From Iphione sp. A-MEVVRFRX5 (lineage: Eukaryota), in contig OZ320322.1 of the NCBI GenBank assembly GCA_976226885.1, forward strand, positions 47,244,001 to 47,308,000: a stretch of DNA of 64,000 nucleotides, read 5' to 3'. The stretch's first letter is position 1; every line of letters begins with the position of its first letter. A program made the translations under genes and the position numbers. Below are positions 1 to 12,605 of the stretch, piece by piece. The notes beneath the pieces were generated by a model. That model made no database searches. It was not told the origin of the DNA and saw only the letters and a program-made list of their open reading frames with translations.

Positions 1-87
1 GAAAAAGCTTCTGTGATGCTTCACTCAGCTATTGAAACGTGTTTTTAAAGGAGCAGATCATGCCATATGTTTGTACTTTAAAGACAG

Positions 88-88
<1 letters not shown>

Positions 89-146
<58 letters not shown>
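89..146. repeat. (GA)n microsatellite
   Basis: Seen directly; bounds approximate. Confidence 0.95.
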
Positions 147-151
<5 letters not shown>

Positions 152-2384
152 GAAGAAAGCAAGAATGCCTCAAGGGGGAGCTAGAGGGGCAGAGAGGGAG
201 TGAGAGAGACTCAGAGAGAGTGAAAGAGCCAGATGGAGTCTAATTATTAGCAGTCCTGCAATGCTCACTTCTTCATTCCTTTACTCGCATAATATCCAAA
301 TTGATGAGTTCTCTTCATTCGATGTAGCTTTAGCCTGCATAAAACGCCTCCAAGTCTTCCTGCTACAGAGATAAATGCCGAAGTAAACAAATTCTCAGGG
401 GTTGCTGTTTTGTGCCTGTTGTTTGCGGTGGTTTAACGTTTTTTTGATGCCAGTGTTCGTCCGCGTATACTCCTCGTGTATGTAGGTCTGCATACAGCGC
501 CGGCCGGGCAGGGCCGGTGTCGATGTCTCATGTTTAAAACGGTCCCTTCCCAAGCTGTTTCCCTCTTGTTTAACATTTTGCCGTCCATTTGAAGTGGCAC
601 GGGGTATTTTTCTCGCTCGGCGTACATGCAGGTTTCAAAATGGAAAAATATATTTTGGTAAAGTGCATGTGATGTGATCATCTGCTCAGCTCGTGTGAAT
701 CATTCTAATTTTAATCATGCCGCACACGTCTGGAAAAGTAGCTTCTTGTATAAGCTTCTCCGAATGACCAGCCCAATGTCACCAAATCAATGCATACATT
801 ACAATATATAGTGAGTGCATGTCTTTTTGTCTCTATTTCGCCAGCTTAATAGACCACTCTTACAATGAGGAGAACTATGCCTTATCCAACAGGTATCCTC
901 GTCAAAAAGGATACATGCTAGCTTCATCCTGTAGGTATCCGTAGGTATAATATCCTGCGACATGAGATTACTCGATGTTTGTAGATGTAATGGTGATCCG
1001 TATCTTTCGGTGCTTCTTTGGCTATGTCAAAGTTATATTTCAGAACACAGTATTTTATACGTAACTGTGTAAACTGAGTCTGGCTCATTTGAGGTTCCAC
1101 ATGATATTCAAGGATATTAGTGCATGCATCATCTGTTTGCTCTCAAAATACGTGTAGTTCAACCCTAGAATACGTAGGTTTATAGCTAAACAGATCCAAT
1201 ACGCGTATGAGCCATGGAATCTGGATCAGGTTACAAAGCGACAGGGTCATAGTATCTTCGCAGCATGTTATTACTGCAATGAGACCAGTCCACACTTTGA
1301 TGTGTACACACGTAGATATGATCCTTTTGTACTGTCCACATTACAAAGCCATCAGACTGGAGTTGCCATAGGGACAGATAGCCACGGGGACGGAGTGGCA
1401 CTTCCTGTGACATGCAATGATGGGTCCTTAGCCTTTAACACCCTAGTTTTGCTACTCCTTCTCAGTATTATATTCTGGTGATGGGTCTCGAATCCCGAGG
1501 GCATATGGAGCATTTAGCATCTACAATTTTCATGTTTCATACATGGTCCGGTTTTCCTAGTTCAGGTCTCTGCGGTCTCTGGTTACTATGCCATTTTGAA
1601 TACCTCGTTGGTAGTTTCCACGTTTTTTTTGTTTATCTCCTCGCTCGAGAGTACCAAACACTTCTTATTCATGATTCAGGCCTAAAATAATACAGTCGGC
1701 TCTCAGTGTAGAAGTCTATCACCAGGCTGTTTTCATCAGACTCATTCCTGGCAGTTTTGTCTCGATCTGGGAGTGTTTTTTTTCTATAGGCCAGGTTTAA
1801 ACTGCTGTAATCCCAATCAATAAATATATCAGCATCCGAAACGTCACATAAATCAAGTCAGGTTAACACGACCCTACCGGCCGCGGCACAGGGCCCCAGA
1901 GATAAATCAATATCGATGTAAAAACGTTGTTTTCCATGTGCCAACTTGGCAGACGTGGTGTGATTCCAACACATCCTCACCGGCAGCACCCTTTGAAGTG
2001 CCCGACAGGGTCACCTCCCAGCAAATCGTAACCCGTTGCAAGCTTTGCTCAAATGGGTTCGCTCGGGATTACCATGCCATGATTGTTGATTATGAGAACA
2101 TAAGTATGATATCGAGCAGTTATTATGAATGTGTCATGCAGTGGGCTCTCGCACCATACAATTATTTAGAATGCAGGTGTGTTTTCTCCGAAACTAACAA
2201 TAGCTCGTATTGCGCTCGTGCAATTCACCAGTCCCTTTGTTGAACTGACAAAATGCAGGGATCCCGGTTTCGTCATATACATGTACAATTTTTTTTTAAT
2301 GTCACCTTATTTTTGTTTTGTCTGTTATTGAGCTCTGTCACAACTTAAAATTGCGTCTTCCTTCGTCATCTTCTCATTCTTTCA

Positions 2385-2386
<2 letters not shown>

Positions 2387-2457
<71 letters not shown>

Positions 2458-2472
2458 CGCTCGCTCGCTCTC
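2387..2472. repeat. (CT)n microsatellite grading into (CTCG)n
   Basis: Seen directly; bounds approximate. Confidence 0.95.
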
Positions 2473-2746
2473 TCACCTTACGTATTTCTTTCCGATGATA
2501 TATCTCCTCGTTACCTTTCCGTGTCTCCTTTTCTCATTTGTTGAGGTCCGAAATCTGCGTGTTAATCCCTCGCATTCACGGGAGTGTAACTCTTTCGACT
2601 TTACGCTAATCAGAATCGCTCTTAGAGGACACGTGACAACCTATCAACAATACACAATAGACGCCCATATATTGCGGCATTCGAACAAGTACTCCAGCCC
2701 CCACAGGACACACCTTCCGAGAAAGGTGAAGGTCGCGTCGCGGTAG

Positions 2747-2760
2747 GTTGCCATGGAAAC
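2747..2760. promoter_or_regulatory. RFX X-box GTTGCCATGGAAAC in a CpG-rich, promoter-like patch
   Basis: Direct match to the palindromic RFX consensus GTTRCCATGGNAAC. Confidence 0.6.
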
Positions 2761-3396
2761 TTGACCCGGCAGCCGATCGATTCTCGGGACAACGCGTGAA
2801 ACGCACTGACGAGAGAGTGTGAGAGGTAGATGGATAGAAGCACATGGAAAAAGAGCGAGGCGGAGAGTGAAATCTGCTCTATTTCAAGGGCATTTAACCG
2901 TCATTTCTCCTGCGACACTATAATGGATGATAGCACAGGGAGCAGTAGCAGATTTATGATTTGACGTTTTGACCACGGATATACCAGGAGCCACTCTGTG
3001 AGTGCTGGAACCGCATCGTGTGAGTTATTCTACTTCTGACTGGGCATGAGCCGTGAAGTCAGGAGCCGGGATCAGTGGAGCTGATGTAACACTGGATTAC
3101 ACTGTGTTGTCAGCATCAGGAGGCATTCTCCGTCATAGGTCGAACCATGGGAATGTGTTTGAATGAGGATCTTACAATGGTGTGCTTCTGTGTGAGTTTG
3201 GGGGCAGCAATAATTGATTGTAGCGGCATTCTGAACATCTGTCATCTCCTGATTGTTACATGTTCATCTGTCAGTCAACGGCTCTGCCAGGCAGGCAGCC
3301 GAGTAAAACTGCGCATGCAGTGCTATATCACCTCAGTATTTGCTCTCCCACTCTCCTCCTCTTCTTCTTCCTGCTGTCTTCCCTCTTCTTAACCTC

Positions 3397-3554
3397 CAGG
3401 CCCGTAGCCAAGGGGGTATCGGGGGTATCGGACGATACCCCAGAGAGATTGATTACTATAGATCCTTATATGGATTTTTAAAAATTAGTTCCACCTCTGT
3501 GTTATTGGGGGTATCGTCCGATACCCCCCACAAAAAGCCCTGGCTACGGGCCTG
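3397..3554. mobile_element. MITE (158 bp) with 14-bp perfect terminal inverted repeats
   Basis: caggcccgtagcca (3397-3410) / tggctacgggcctg (3541-3554). Internal inverted GGGGGTATCG(G/T)(A/C)CGATACCCC blocks. Flanking 5-bp direct repeat acctc on both sides. Confidence 0.8.
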
Positions 3555-3953
3555 ACCTCTCGGCCGTTTACCCTGTCTCTGTCTGTATCTCTGTCAGATA
3601 TACATATATTCTCACTTGAGATCTCTTAACCATTACAGAAGAGAGATTCACACGTGTTATTTTGGTCGTTTACTTAGTTAAGACGTGGCAAGCGTGTAAA
3701 AAAAAGTCTTATTCGTTTACTTATAGAGGCAACGTAAGCAGACAACGTGTATACTTGTCTCTAGGCCTCAATCAACGGATACCTTTCATACTATTAGATT
3801 ATGGCAATGCTGTTACATTCAGTGCATTTCAGTGCATGTAAGACGTAGCCTATGTTCCTTTCTCATTGAATGGTTTTTCATTTGAATATTTCAATGAATG
3901 TATCGTAAAAATGAGTCGAAGGCAACATATAAAGCTCAAGGAAGCTTTCCCTT

Positions 3954-3956
<3 letters not shown>

Positions 3957-3989
<33 letters not shown>
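3957..3989. repeat. (CT)n microsatellite
   Basis: Seen directly; bounds approximate. Confidence 0.9.
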
Positions 3990-3992
<3 letters not shown>

Positions 3993-6900
3993 CTGCTCTC
4001 TCTGATTCTGTTTCTGAACTCCCTCTCGGACTGCCCATTCTGCTCCATGTATATTGCACCGGTCACTGTCAATGTGACATCGACCACGTGACAGGTACAC
4101 GTGATACCGGCCAGTGGAAGTGATTGTCTCTTCTGATCTCTGACCTGAACGTGTCTCCCTTCGCCCAGTTCACCTGTGACCATTAGCGCCACCCATCCAA
4201 CGAGGGACGAACTTTCATGAGATCAATTGCCCAGTTCCCCCCGCGTCATTTCTTGATAATATGTGGGACGACAGGAGAGTACATGTCCATGTCATACCTC
4301 AGGAATTCGGTTAACTTAAATCGATTTGGGATAATGCTGAATAATGTCACCCCCTCCCCAAATCACCATTTTCCCCGTTGGCTTCGTCGGACGGTCAAAA
4401 AGAGCTTCCTAGAGTATAGAGTTTCTTGAAAAGCAGTTACTAGCTACAGGGTGTAATAGTGCTGACAACCATATATAAACTTCAACATCAAAAGAGCTGG
4501 TCTGACATTAAATACCCCCTCAAGTGGCCGTTTCGCTAGTAATGAATTCATGGCCCGTAGCCTGTAGCGACAATCACATACACTCACAAGCAGCGCTCGA
4601 GTAAGGCGTTGCTCATTCAGATGGCCTTTTTTTTTATCTGCAATGCAGATGTAGTATATACTATATAATGTATAATGCGTGGGCCAAAGCTCGTCATAAT
4701 GACGCGATGTAATTCGATCGACATGCGGTAGGTCCTTATAGTTGATGGTCCATCTAGCCAGCCACTCTGACAGAGCAGTTCGTGAGATAATTGCAGGAAG
4801 ATCTAATGAGTCCGACCGAACCTGGACAGGAGAGAGTTGGTGGAATGCAGAGGACGGCTGGGAGTTTCTATAGAACACATAACGGATAAATAAATATAAA
4901 TATATGTACATTTATATAGATATATACATTCGCAGCTCTTACTGTCATCATAAGTGGTAATTATAGCGTTCACTTGCAACAAATGGCCACATGTGGGGTA
5001 TATATGTCTGTAGGGTGACCCGGCAATTTTTTTTTAGAATCGTACTGAACTATCAATGTATTCAAGAGAACTGACTTCATTTAATGGAAAAAAATAGGAA
5101 GGATGTATAGAGAAATATCTTAATGTGTGGGTAAATCCAAAGTATTCATGCGTTATCCTGGCTTAGTATGTAAAGATGGTGAGCATACTGGTATAGGTTC
5201 GGTTGCATTCATAAACGTAGCAGTCGTTTCCTGGGCTGCCGTCGTTTTTTTGTGTGGCGCTGGCGAGGGGCCCGCGGCTACCAAAGGGTGTCCGGTTTAA
5301 AAATACTCACCGTGTTTGAATCGGTCGCAGGCATTGAGTTGGGCTTGTTCGTCTGACAAAACACAGACATGTGACAGATGTCCAGGCGCAATTCCCCCGC
5401 TCAAATTAATCGATCGTGCCTGTCGTTGAACAACATGTGGGAATTTCGGCGTGGAGAGATTCCTTGCTGTCAGATCCTCCCCTTTACGTCGCCTTTATAA
5501 AAACAGACTTAGCTGCTCTGGAACATGAGAGCTGGCATTCGTGAGGTACCGGTTGTACTGATGATAAATGTCTTCTCCTGTGGGAGAATCGCTATGTTCT
5601 ATGCTTAATGCATGGAAGTGGCATTACTCTGAAAGTGTATATATTTACTCAGTTCTTATTTTCATGATATATGGGCAATTGGTACCCACAAAGTTAGACT
5701 GTACGAATATTTAATTGCATTTAACCAATGGTGGGATGGGAGTCCAGTCAGCATATTCATCAATCATTGAAAGCGGTTCATGTGGATGTAGCGTGTGTAA
5801 ATTATGAAGACACAAAATAAATGAGTCTACCACTGCAAAATTTATAACTTTGTGCAGTAACGTTATATTGTTCTTTTAGAGGAATTAGAATTCTCTGGCT
5901 CTGGTAGAACGTATCAACGCCAAAACTGCTAATTTTCCAACCAGCTAATACTTGTCTCTCTTGTCGTTGCCACAAACACCCATACGATGTATAGAGGGAC
6001 AAAACCATTATTGTAGAAATTTGATAGGGAAATTCTTTTTATCTCATGGGACTCTAGAATGATCCTTGTTTAGCATAGATGGGCCCTTCTCTTTCGAAAC
6101 AATATGAAATAAAACCTGCCTCCTTCCGGTGTCGTCCCTTCGAGTAACTGCTTTTGAGAGTTAATCTCTAAATTTGTTTTTCGTTTTTCCTATGTCTTTC
6201 AGATGGCTCCTTTGATATTACCTTCCATCTTGTCCTTATCTCTACCTTGTGTATGGAGATCTGGATGGAAGAAAACCCAGTCGGGCTTTATTTCCGTCTC
6301 GTCCTCTTCCTGCCTCTCCATTCATCTATCTTTGTCTTGGTGGCTCCCTCCCTTTCTGTCTGGTTAGATGAGTCATGTTTCCGAATGTCTCTAGATTTTT
6401 GTCAGCTCTGCTAAGAGTTTCGAGCCATTGCTGTCCTGGAAAGTTCTACTCTTTTCTAATAAAACTCCTCATGGGAAAATTAAGAGACTGTAGGAAGAAC
6501 TTATATCAAATCTGGCAATCCTGAAAAAGGGGATGTCCTTACCAATAGCACGTTTAATTCAACAAGAGAGAACAACTAAAGATGCCTTGTCAAAGACGCT
6601 CACTAGCGACCCTGTCCACTTGTCTATCTCCGCCAAATACGGTTTCATCCCACAGACTTCGCAGTAGACAGTCTCTAATGCGGGCAAAACCCGCTCATCT
6701 AATCTAACATTCTGTCACGTGGCATCATTAAAACCGCAGGCCAAGTTTAAAGTTGACATCAGATCCCTGTGCCATCGGCCCGGCTTGTTGCGGTGGTCTA
6801 TAGTGTCTGGTCTTAGCCTGATTGGGGCAATCAGGGGAGATCTCCACCTCGGAATAAAACCCACCACCACACATTGTCGTTGGCCGCCCGGCCGCCTCTG

Positions 6901-9900
6901 TAACGTTCTGTAAGGGCGTGCATGCCATAGTTGATGGAATATCGGACAGACAAAGTGGCAGACCTTGATTGCCGCCGTTAGGCTCGACTGTAGACAATTA
7001 GACAATGAGCTTTAAAAGCCCTTATGACAACCTGTTATAAGGATCGAGGGATCGGCTGGGATGACTCAACGTTGAAATTAATGGGAAACAACTTTGTAAA
7101 GGGTGGGCTTCGGCTGACGGTTAGGGATTAGTCACAAAGAGGAAGAGAAAAGTAGACATTATATAGGACACAAAGCTATATAGCTGTGTGCGTCAGCAGC
7201 ATTTAAATGCAAAATATAATTTTGATGAGATCACGTATTTCCCATCAGAACGGCTATACACGTGTGGGCTACTTTGGCGTAGTACAAACGAATTTCACAA
7301 AGTACCGTTTATAGGATTATAATACTGAAATCGGGCGGGCTGCTTGTATCACATTTCTAAAATAACTGTCCAGATCACCTCAGTGATATGATGCAAGGGC
7401 TTGCAATACAGGTATGGGCCCCAATATGCATGTACGGTATACATATAAAGAGAATATGACCTCAGAGAATCACCGTCGTAACATTAACTCATGAAAAAAT
7501 GGGCGATGAATGAAAGAAACCCAGAAGATGATATTTGATATATCACTGCAGTGATGATAAATATTTATAGGGCTTACTAGAGAAAAATGGGTCTTTGGAG
7601 GTTTCTAGTTAGCACAGGCATTTACAGGCGTTAAAAACAGCACAAATTCTGGAAGCGTTATGTATAGGGCCTATATGTAGTTCATATATTACTGTTTAAA
7701 AGAGTCAACACGAGAATGCCATATAACGCACTTGCATTTACGGCAGTTCATGGAGTTATGGTTCCTGATGGTTCCTTACATAGTACATGTGCTAGTATCA
7801 CTTTTTTATATCAGTTAAATGATCAGTAATAGAACAATTACAAGGGAACAGTATATTGTGAGATGTTATGATACACGTTGTTATTTCCGCATCATTATAT
7901 CTTTTCCCAAGGCAGCGAACGCAGTGTCCATTTGCAGCTACACCATTGGAGGGTATATGCAGATGTATGTAGCAGTTATCGAGGTGGTACATTAGCTGTC
8001 TCCCTCTAGAATTACGTGTTGTTACAACTGACAGTTACCTCTATTATCGACCACTGCTAGAGCACCTCTGGTGCACATTCGGCTTCCCCGCCGCTTGTAC
8101 GGCTCCCGCTGCATTTAGACTGCATTGCTGAGGACCGATGGTGTTCTGGCGGGGGTCCCAGACGGTCGGGTGACCGTTCGGAAAGTTATGCCTGCAGGGA
8201 CAGGCTGATACTGGTCCGTACACGACTATCTTCGTCATACGTGTCTAGCAAATGCGTTGTGCGGGTCTTTATTTGTCACTGTGCACGCTTCTCCTAAACT
8301 AAATACTCACGTACTTCAATGCCGACAGAAACAGGACTCGCTTGACCAGCAGAGGTGGACTGTATGCTGAAGAACTTTCCGAACGCCCCCAACGTCTCGT
8401 GGCCGCCAGACGGCTACAACTGCTGCTTCTATTGGTTTCTACTCCTCCACCTGCAGCTGCTGTTGTTGCTGCTGCTGCAGCTGCTTTAGTGGTTCCAGCA
8501 GCTACATGCTGAATCATACCAGTGTGCCGTCATACAAGGCATGTACAGGAACTGACGGGAGGCGCTGATCTCTCCTCCACAGTCGCATGCCACCCTGGAG
8601 TATACAGCACACAACATGTGGCAGAGACACAGCAGCTTTTACCTCTCTCCAACGTCTGTTGTAACTGCACTTGCTCAACGCAGCGATAAGTGAGTGGGAA
8701 CGGCCGGGCCTGCTGCTTGCCTTGAGCCTGCCCTCGTAGCAGTTGTCATAAGGAGGTCCACGGGGACTGCATCCAGGCTTTTCCATCCATTACTCGCCTG
8801 ACAGGACCTGTCTATCAGGAATCTATGCTCGGCAGAGTACCTGTATGTAGGCCTGCGTGGAATGTGAAGGCTGAGGAGTTTCTTTTTGTAACTCTGAGAT
8901 CACTACTTGAAAGAAATGTTAGGGATTACCATTATTACTTCGAGGCACATCTTTATACATACGTGCGTTCTCATTAAAGGGCGAGGAATCACGCGCTGAA
9001 GTTGTGGAGACTTATTGCACAGCGCTACCACATTAGGAGAATGTAGGATACCCTTAAGGATCTCCCGAGAAGAAGCCTCACGGAATATTTGACACATCAC
9101 TATCTCCTAAATATAGAGGAATTACTGTATTCCTTCGAGAGCACTCTGTTTCCGTCGTGCACTGAAGTGTAGATGGTTTTCTCCTAATTGTGTTCTTTCT
9201 CATATACATGTAGGTTACATGTGCATGCTACTTATCTTCAGCACCACGGCATGTTTATAAGTGGCTGGTCGGTTGGAGAAAGTGGTACTTTAGTTATAGA
9301 TCTTCACCGATAACAGGTTGCTCGACGCGAGTTCCTCTATATTCAAGTTGTTTCCAATCATTCAGTGAAGAGGCTGACCTCGCACTGAGGGTCTTTACGA
9401 GGACAATACACCCTAGATTCTTAGCAAACGACTTGAGTGGGATAAAGCTCAAGCTAAACTGGTGAGAATAGCACGGAGCCGCTTATGCCAAGGTCACCCA
9501 TCTTTGTACAAGAATGTCTGGTGTTGTTGGTCATTGATTAATCATCATGCATTTATGAATGTCCTGTGTTTGTGCGTGGGAGTCTATGAACAGAGCAGAC
9601 TGCTAAGTTATATGCAAGTAGGTATAAGGTAACGAGGTATGAAGTGCATGGGTCGAATGGCTTATGGCCATGTTGACATACTGTACATGTTTGTGTTCTG
9701 AATATTCATTAAGGTGAACAGAATTCCAGTATTTGGGCATCCTATCTTGAGACAGTGTAGGAAAATGCTATAATTATAGTCTTACACGTGGAGCTAAAAG
9801 CTAGTTTATATAGATTTGAGTTAAGGTATACTTTGAGAGATTTCATCAGATAGCCTGTAGCTATCACTATTTCAAAAAACAATATAAATGCACATGATTC

Positions 9901-11415
9901 GTATAGCTACACCATAGAAACGCATGTAGACGCAGATATAATCGATCCAAACGCAGTAATCTTAGGTAGAAATGAGCTAGCAGAATGATATCGATAAGGA
10001 AAAACCACAATATCTCAGGCACAAACGAACAGTAGGAAATGAATACCGCCCAAACTAGCCACAAATTAGTGGTTTTGATTTAATAGAAATCAATGAATAA
10101 CGGCTAACAAGTTTTGATAAAACTGGTGGAATGAGGAGGGCCGACAGACTTGCTTGGGCTTATCTACATTATGACAGACATTGTATTGAACATAGTTGAA
10201 TTATAACGATAAGCGGATGAATGCACAGCAAGTTTTATCATTTTGATAAACAATTTTTACTTCGTCGTGCTCAAAAAGAACAAGGCAGTTTATAGATATC
10301 GATTAAAGGCTCGTAGTTGAAGTGAGTCCCGATAAGGAATTTGTCTAGACCTTAACATGCCGACATGCAGATGAATGAAAAGTATAACTGACAAGTTTGA
10401 TAAACTTTTAGCTTTACTGGAAAACAGTGATACTTGAGATATTGATTTATATTTTCCTGGTTGGAGTAAGTGCCGAGGAGAAGTTCGAGTTCATATATAA
10501 CACGCGCGTCCCATTATAATCTACCGGCCACAGGCTTGAGTAATTTCTTCAGTCTGTATTAGCTGATATGAATATTTAAATATTCATTTCGCATAGATCG
10601 TCAGTTACCATGCTGTCTCGGCATTCGACAAATTGGAGAGTTAATTTGAACGCCCCTTCCGAATGATCGATATATGGGCAGTGTCTGGATGTGTCTGAGA
10701 GCGTGTTAGTATCCTTCCCAACCGCCTCTGTTCTCTTCTCATCAAGGTACCAGGAAGTATTGCCTACGGGTCCCTTGTCGTTTGGATTCATTATCCACTG
10801 CGACTAATCATACACATCTGAAAGGAAGTTCGTGGATGCATATTGGAAACGTAAAGAATGGAAGGATCTGCTAGTCTTGCCAAAGGATATCCAGTGACTT
10901 TCTGAAAGTTTTCTTTTCTTTCGGCTCCAAAGTAAAAAGGAGCAAAACAAAGACACTGGAGAAGACCCCTAGGCTCGGCCTAGCATGGTGCTAGAAGCTG
11001 TTTCAATTTCGTTAGAGCAGTGTGGAGCTATCTGATCATTTCTGTGGATCTTACTCTGCTTTTACAAAATGACCGCAAGACCAAGCATTAACCCACCACG
11101 GTTCTTAACCTCTTTGACTCTGTACATCGGACCCAAAAGTAAATTACGTAAGTACCGGTACTTCAACGGGGCGCTTCAAGGTCATGCATTTACTTATATA
11201 TATCGACGGTGACTGTTTTTATGGACGACTTTGAATTCGTATTGAAAGGGAACAAATGAAACATCATTAACACCACATTGTGCTACTTATTTCCAGCGTC
11301 GAGGGTGTGTACTTGTGTTCATACCTCTGCCCTCTGTAATCTAAACGTGTCCTAAATTGTTAAATTTATAATTATCAAGATTAATTCTATGGTCTACTTC
11401 GTCTATTTTCAACAG

Positions 11416-11582
11416 ACTCAAGACGCTCTAGTGAAACCCGCCGCTCTAGCGCTGCCAGTGATGACGTCACAGGAAGTGACGCCTTGGAGCAGCGTCGCGC
11501 ACAGCGATTGGCTCACATCCAGCGCGGTGGCGCCCCCACCGGCGGCGGTCGTCAACGTGACGACTCGCTAACATCACCCGAG
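11416..11582 (+). CDS. SVIL: Supervillin-like gene, first identifiable coding exon (phase 1 in, phase 0 out)
   Basis: Acceptor ttttcaacag|, donor CCCGAG|gtcagt. GC-rich open frame (D)SRRSSETRRSSAASDDVTGSDALEQRRAQRLAHIQRGGAPTGGGRQRDDSLTSPE joins in frame to 12606. The upstream start exon was not found. Confidence 0.7.
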
Positions 11583-12605
11583 GTCAGTGAAGCGCGTCCG
11601 TTATTCACGGACCGTTTGATGGGATGCTACAGGGTTACATCATGATGATTTAATTATAATCTTAATGAATTATAAATTCACTGAAAATCAAACATTTCCA
11701 TGACATAACCTTTCCCCTGAATGCCTCACTGCCAAAAAAAACCACAATACACACGTACACACAAAGCCACATACAGTTTGTGTAGTTGATTCTCTACTAA
11801 GCCAGCCATGAATATTCTTTAATGGATGGGGTATTGACTACGCTGGGCGATGTGAAAAATATGCAGACTTACTGTAAGTAAACTCCCTGTAGCATCCCGG
11901 TATGAGGTGAACTGCTCTGCGGATATTAGGATGCATTTAGGTATATGCGGCTTCGATCAAATTTGAGCTTTTTTTGAAGTTTTGGTACAATTTGCTAACT
12001 ATAGGTCTTAGCAAAAGCATTTGCAGAATACAGTTGAACTAATCGGAGAACATTTCCTTACTTTATTCCAAAGCTTGCACCAATACGACTAAAAGTGATC
12101 TATTTAGGTCTATAGTAAATATGACCTTCTAAACAATAAATGTTTTCATATTGACCGGCTCTATTCTTTGACAACTGTATTCACTGAGCGTTCGGTTGTT
12201 GTTCTAAACCGTTGTTTTTTTCTACAAATAAGATAAGCTCGCTTGATGCTTGTTGCCTTGAAACATGCCTATTTCCCCACAACCAGCTATCGCTCTCTCC
12301 TCTATGGAATGCTCTCTATATATACGAAATAACTTCCTGTCAGAACTACCCCACCTTCTTGAATGTGTACCTCTTTAAGAGATGAGCACGAATCGTTAAA
12401 AAAAACAAATGTATTGATCTCAGGTGATCAACCGAGGTTGGGATCTTGGCGTAGAATTTGACCTGTGCGTAGACCAATGTGGTGGAGACCAGTGTTGAAT
12501 TGTTGGAGAGTGATGGCCTGGTAGTGGGTTCGCAATAGAGCATGTCTCCGCGGCTGTCATGGCGCTGCCTCTTGTTCTATAAGGCACTAACCGTCCGCCT
12601 TCCAG

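Noticed and set aside
2318-2746. Track ORFs with SLSLSL, HTHT, CVCV or YIHT runs (also near 3.9, 26.7, 27.6, 48.8, 57 and 62 kb) and ORFs spanning N-gaps
   Set aside because: Microsatellite or gap translation artefacts.
5497-5545. TATAAAA followed by ATG AGA GCT GGC ATT CGT GAG|gtaccg as first exon
   Set aside because: Phase 0 does not fit the phase-1 acceptor at 11416, and the donor is weak.
5800-7010. Possible decayed retroelement or viral coding sequence on the minus strand
   Set aside because: Frames are interrupted and I recognise no RT, integrase or transposase motif.
8044-9100. Cluster of short minus-strand ORFs with a CAG/GCT-rich run and a donor-like gtgagt
   Set aside because: No frame gives a recognisable domain. 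Could be a decayed gene or TE, but I cannot support that without a search.
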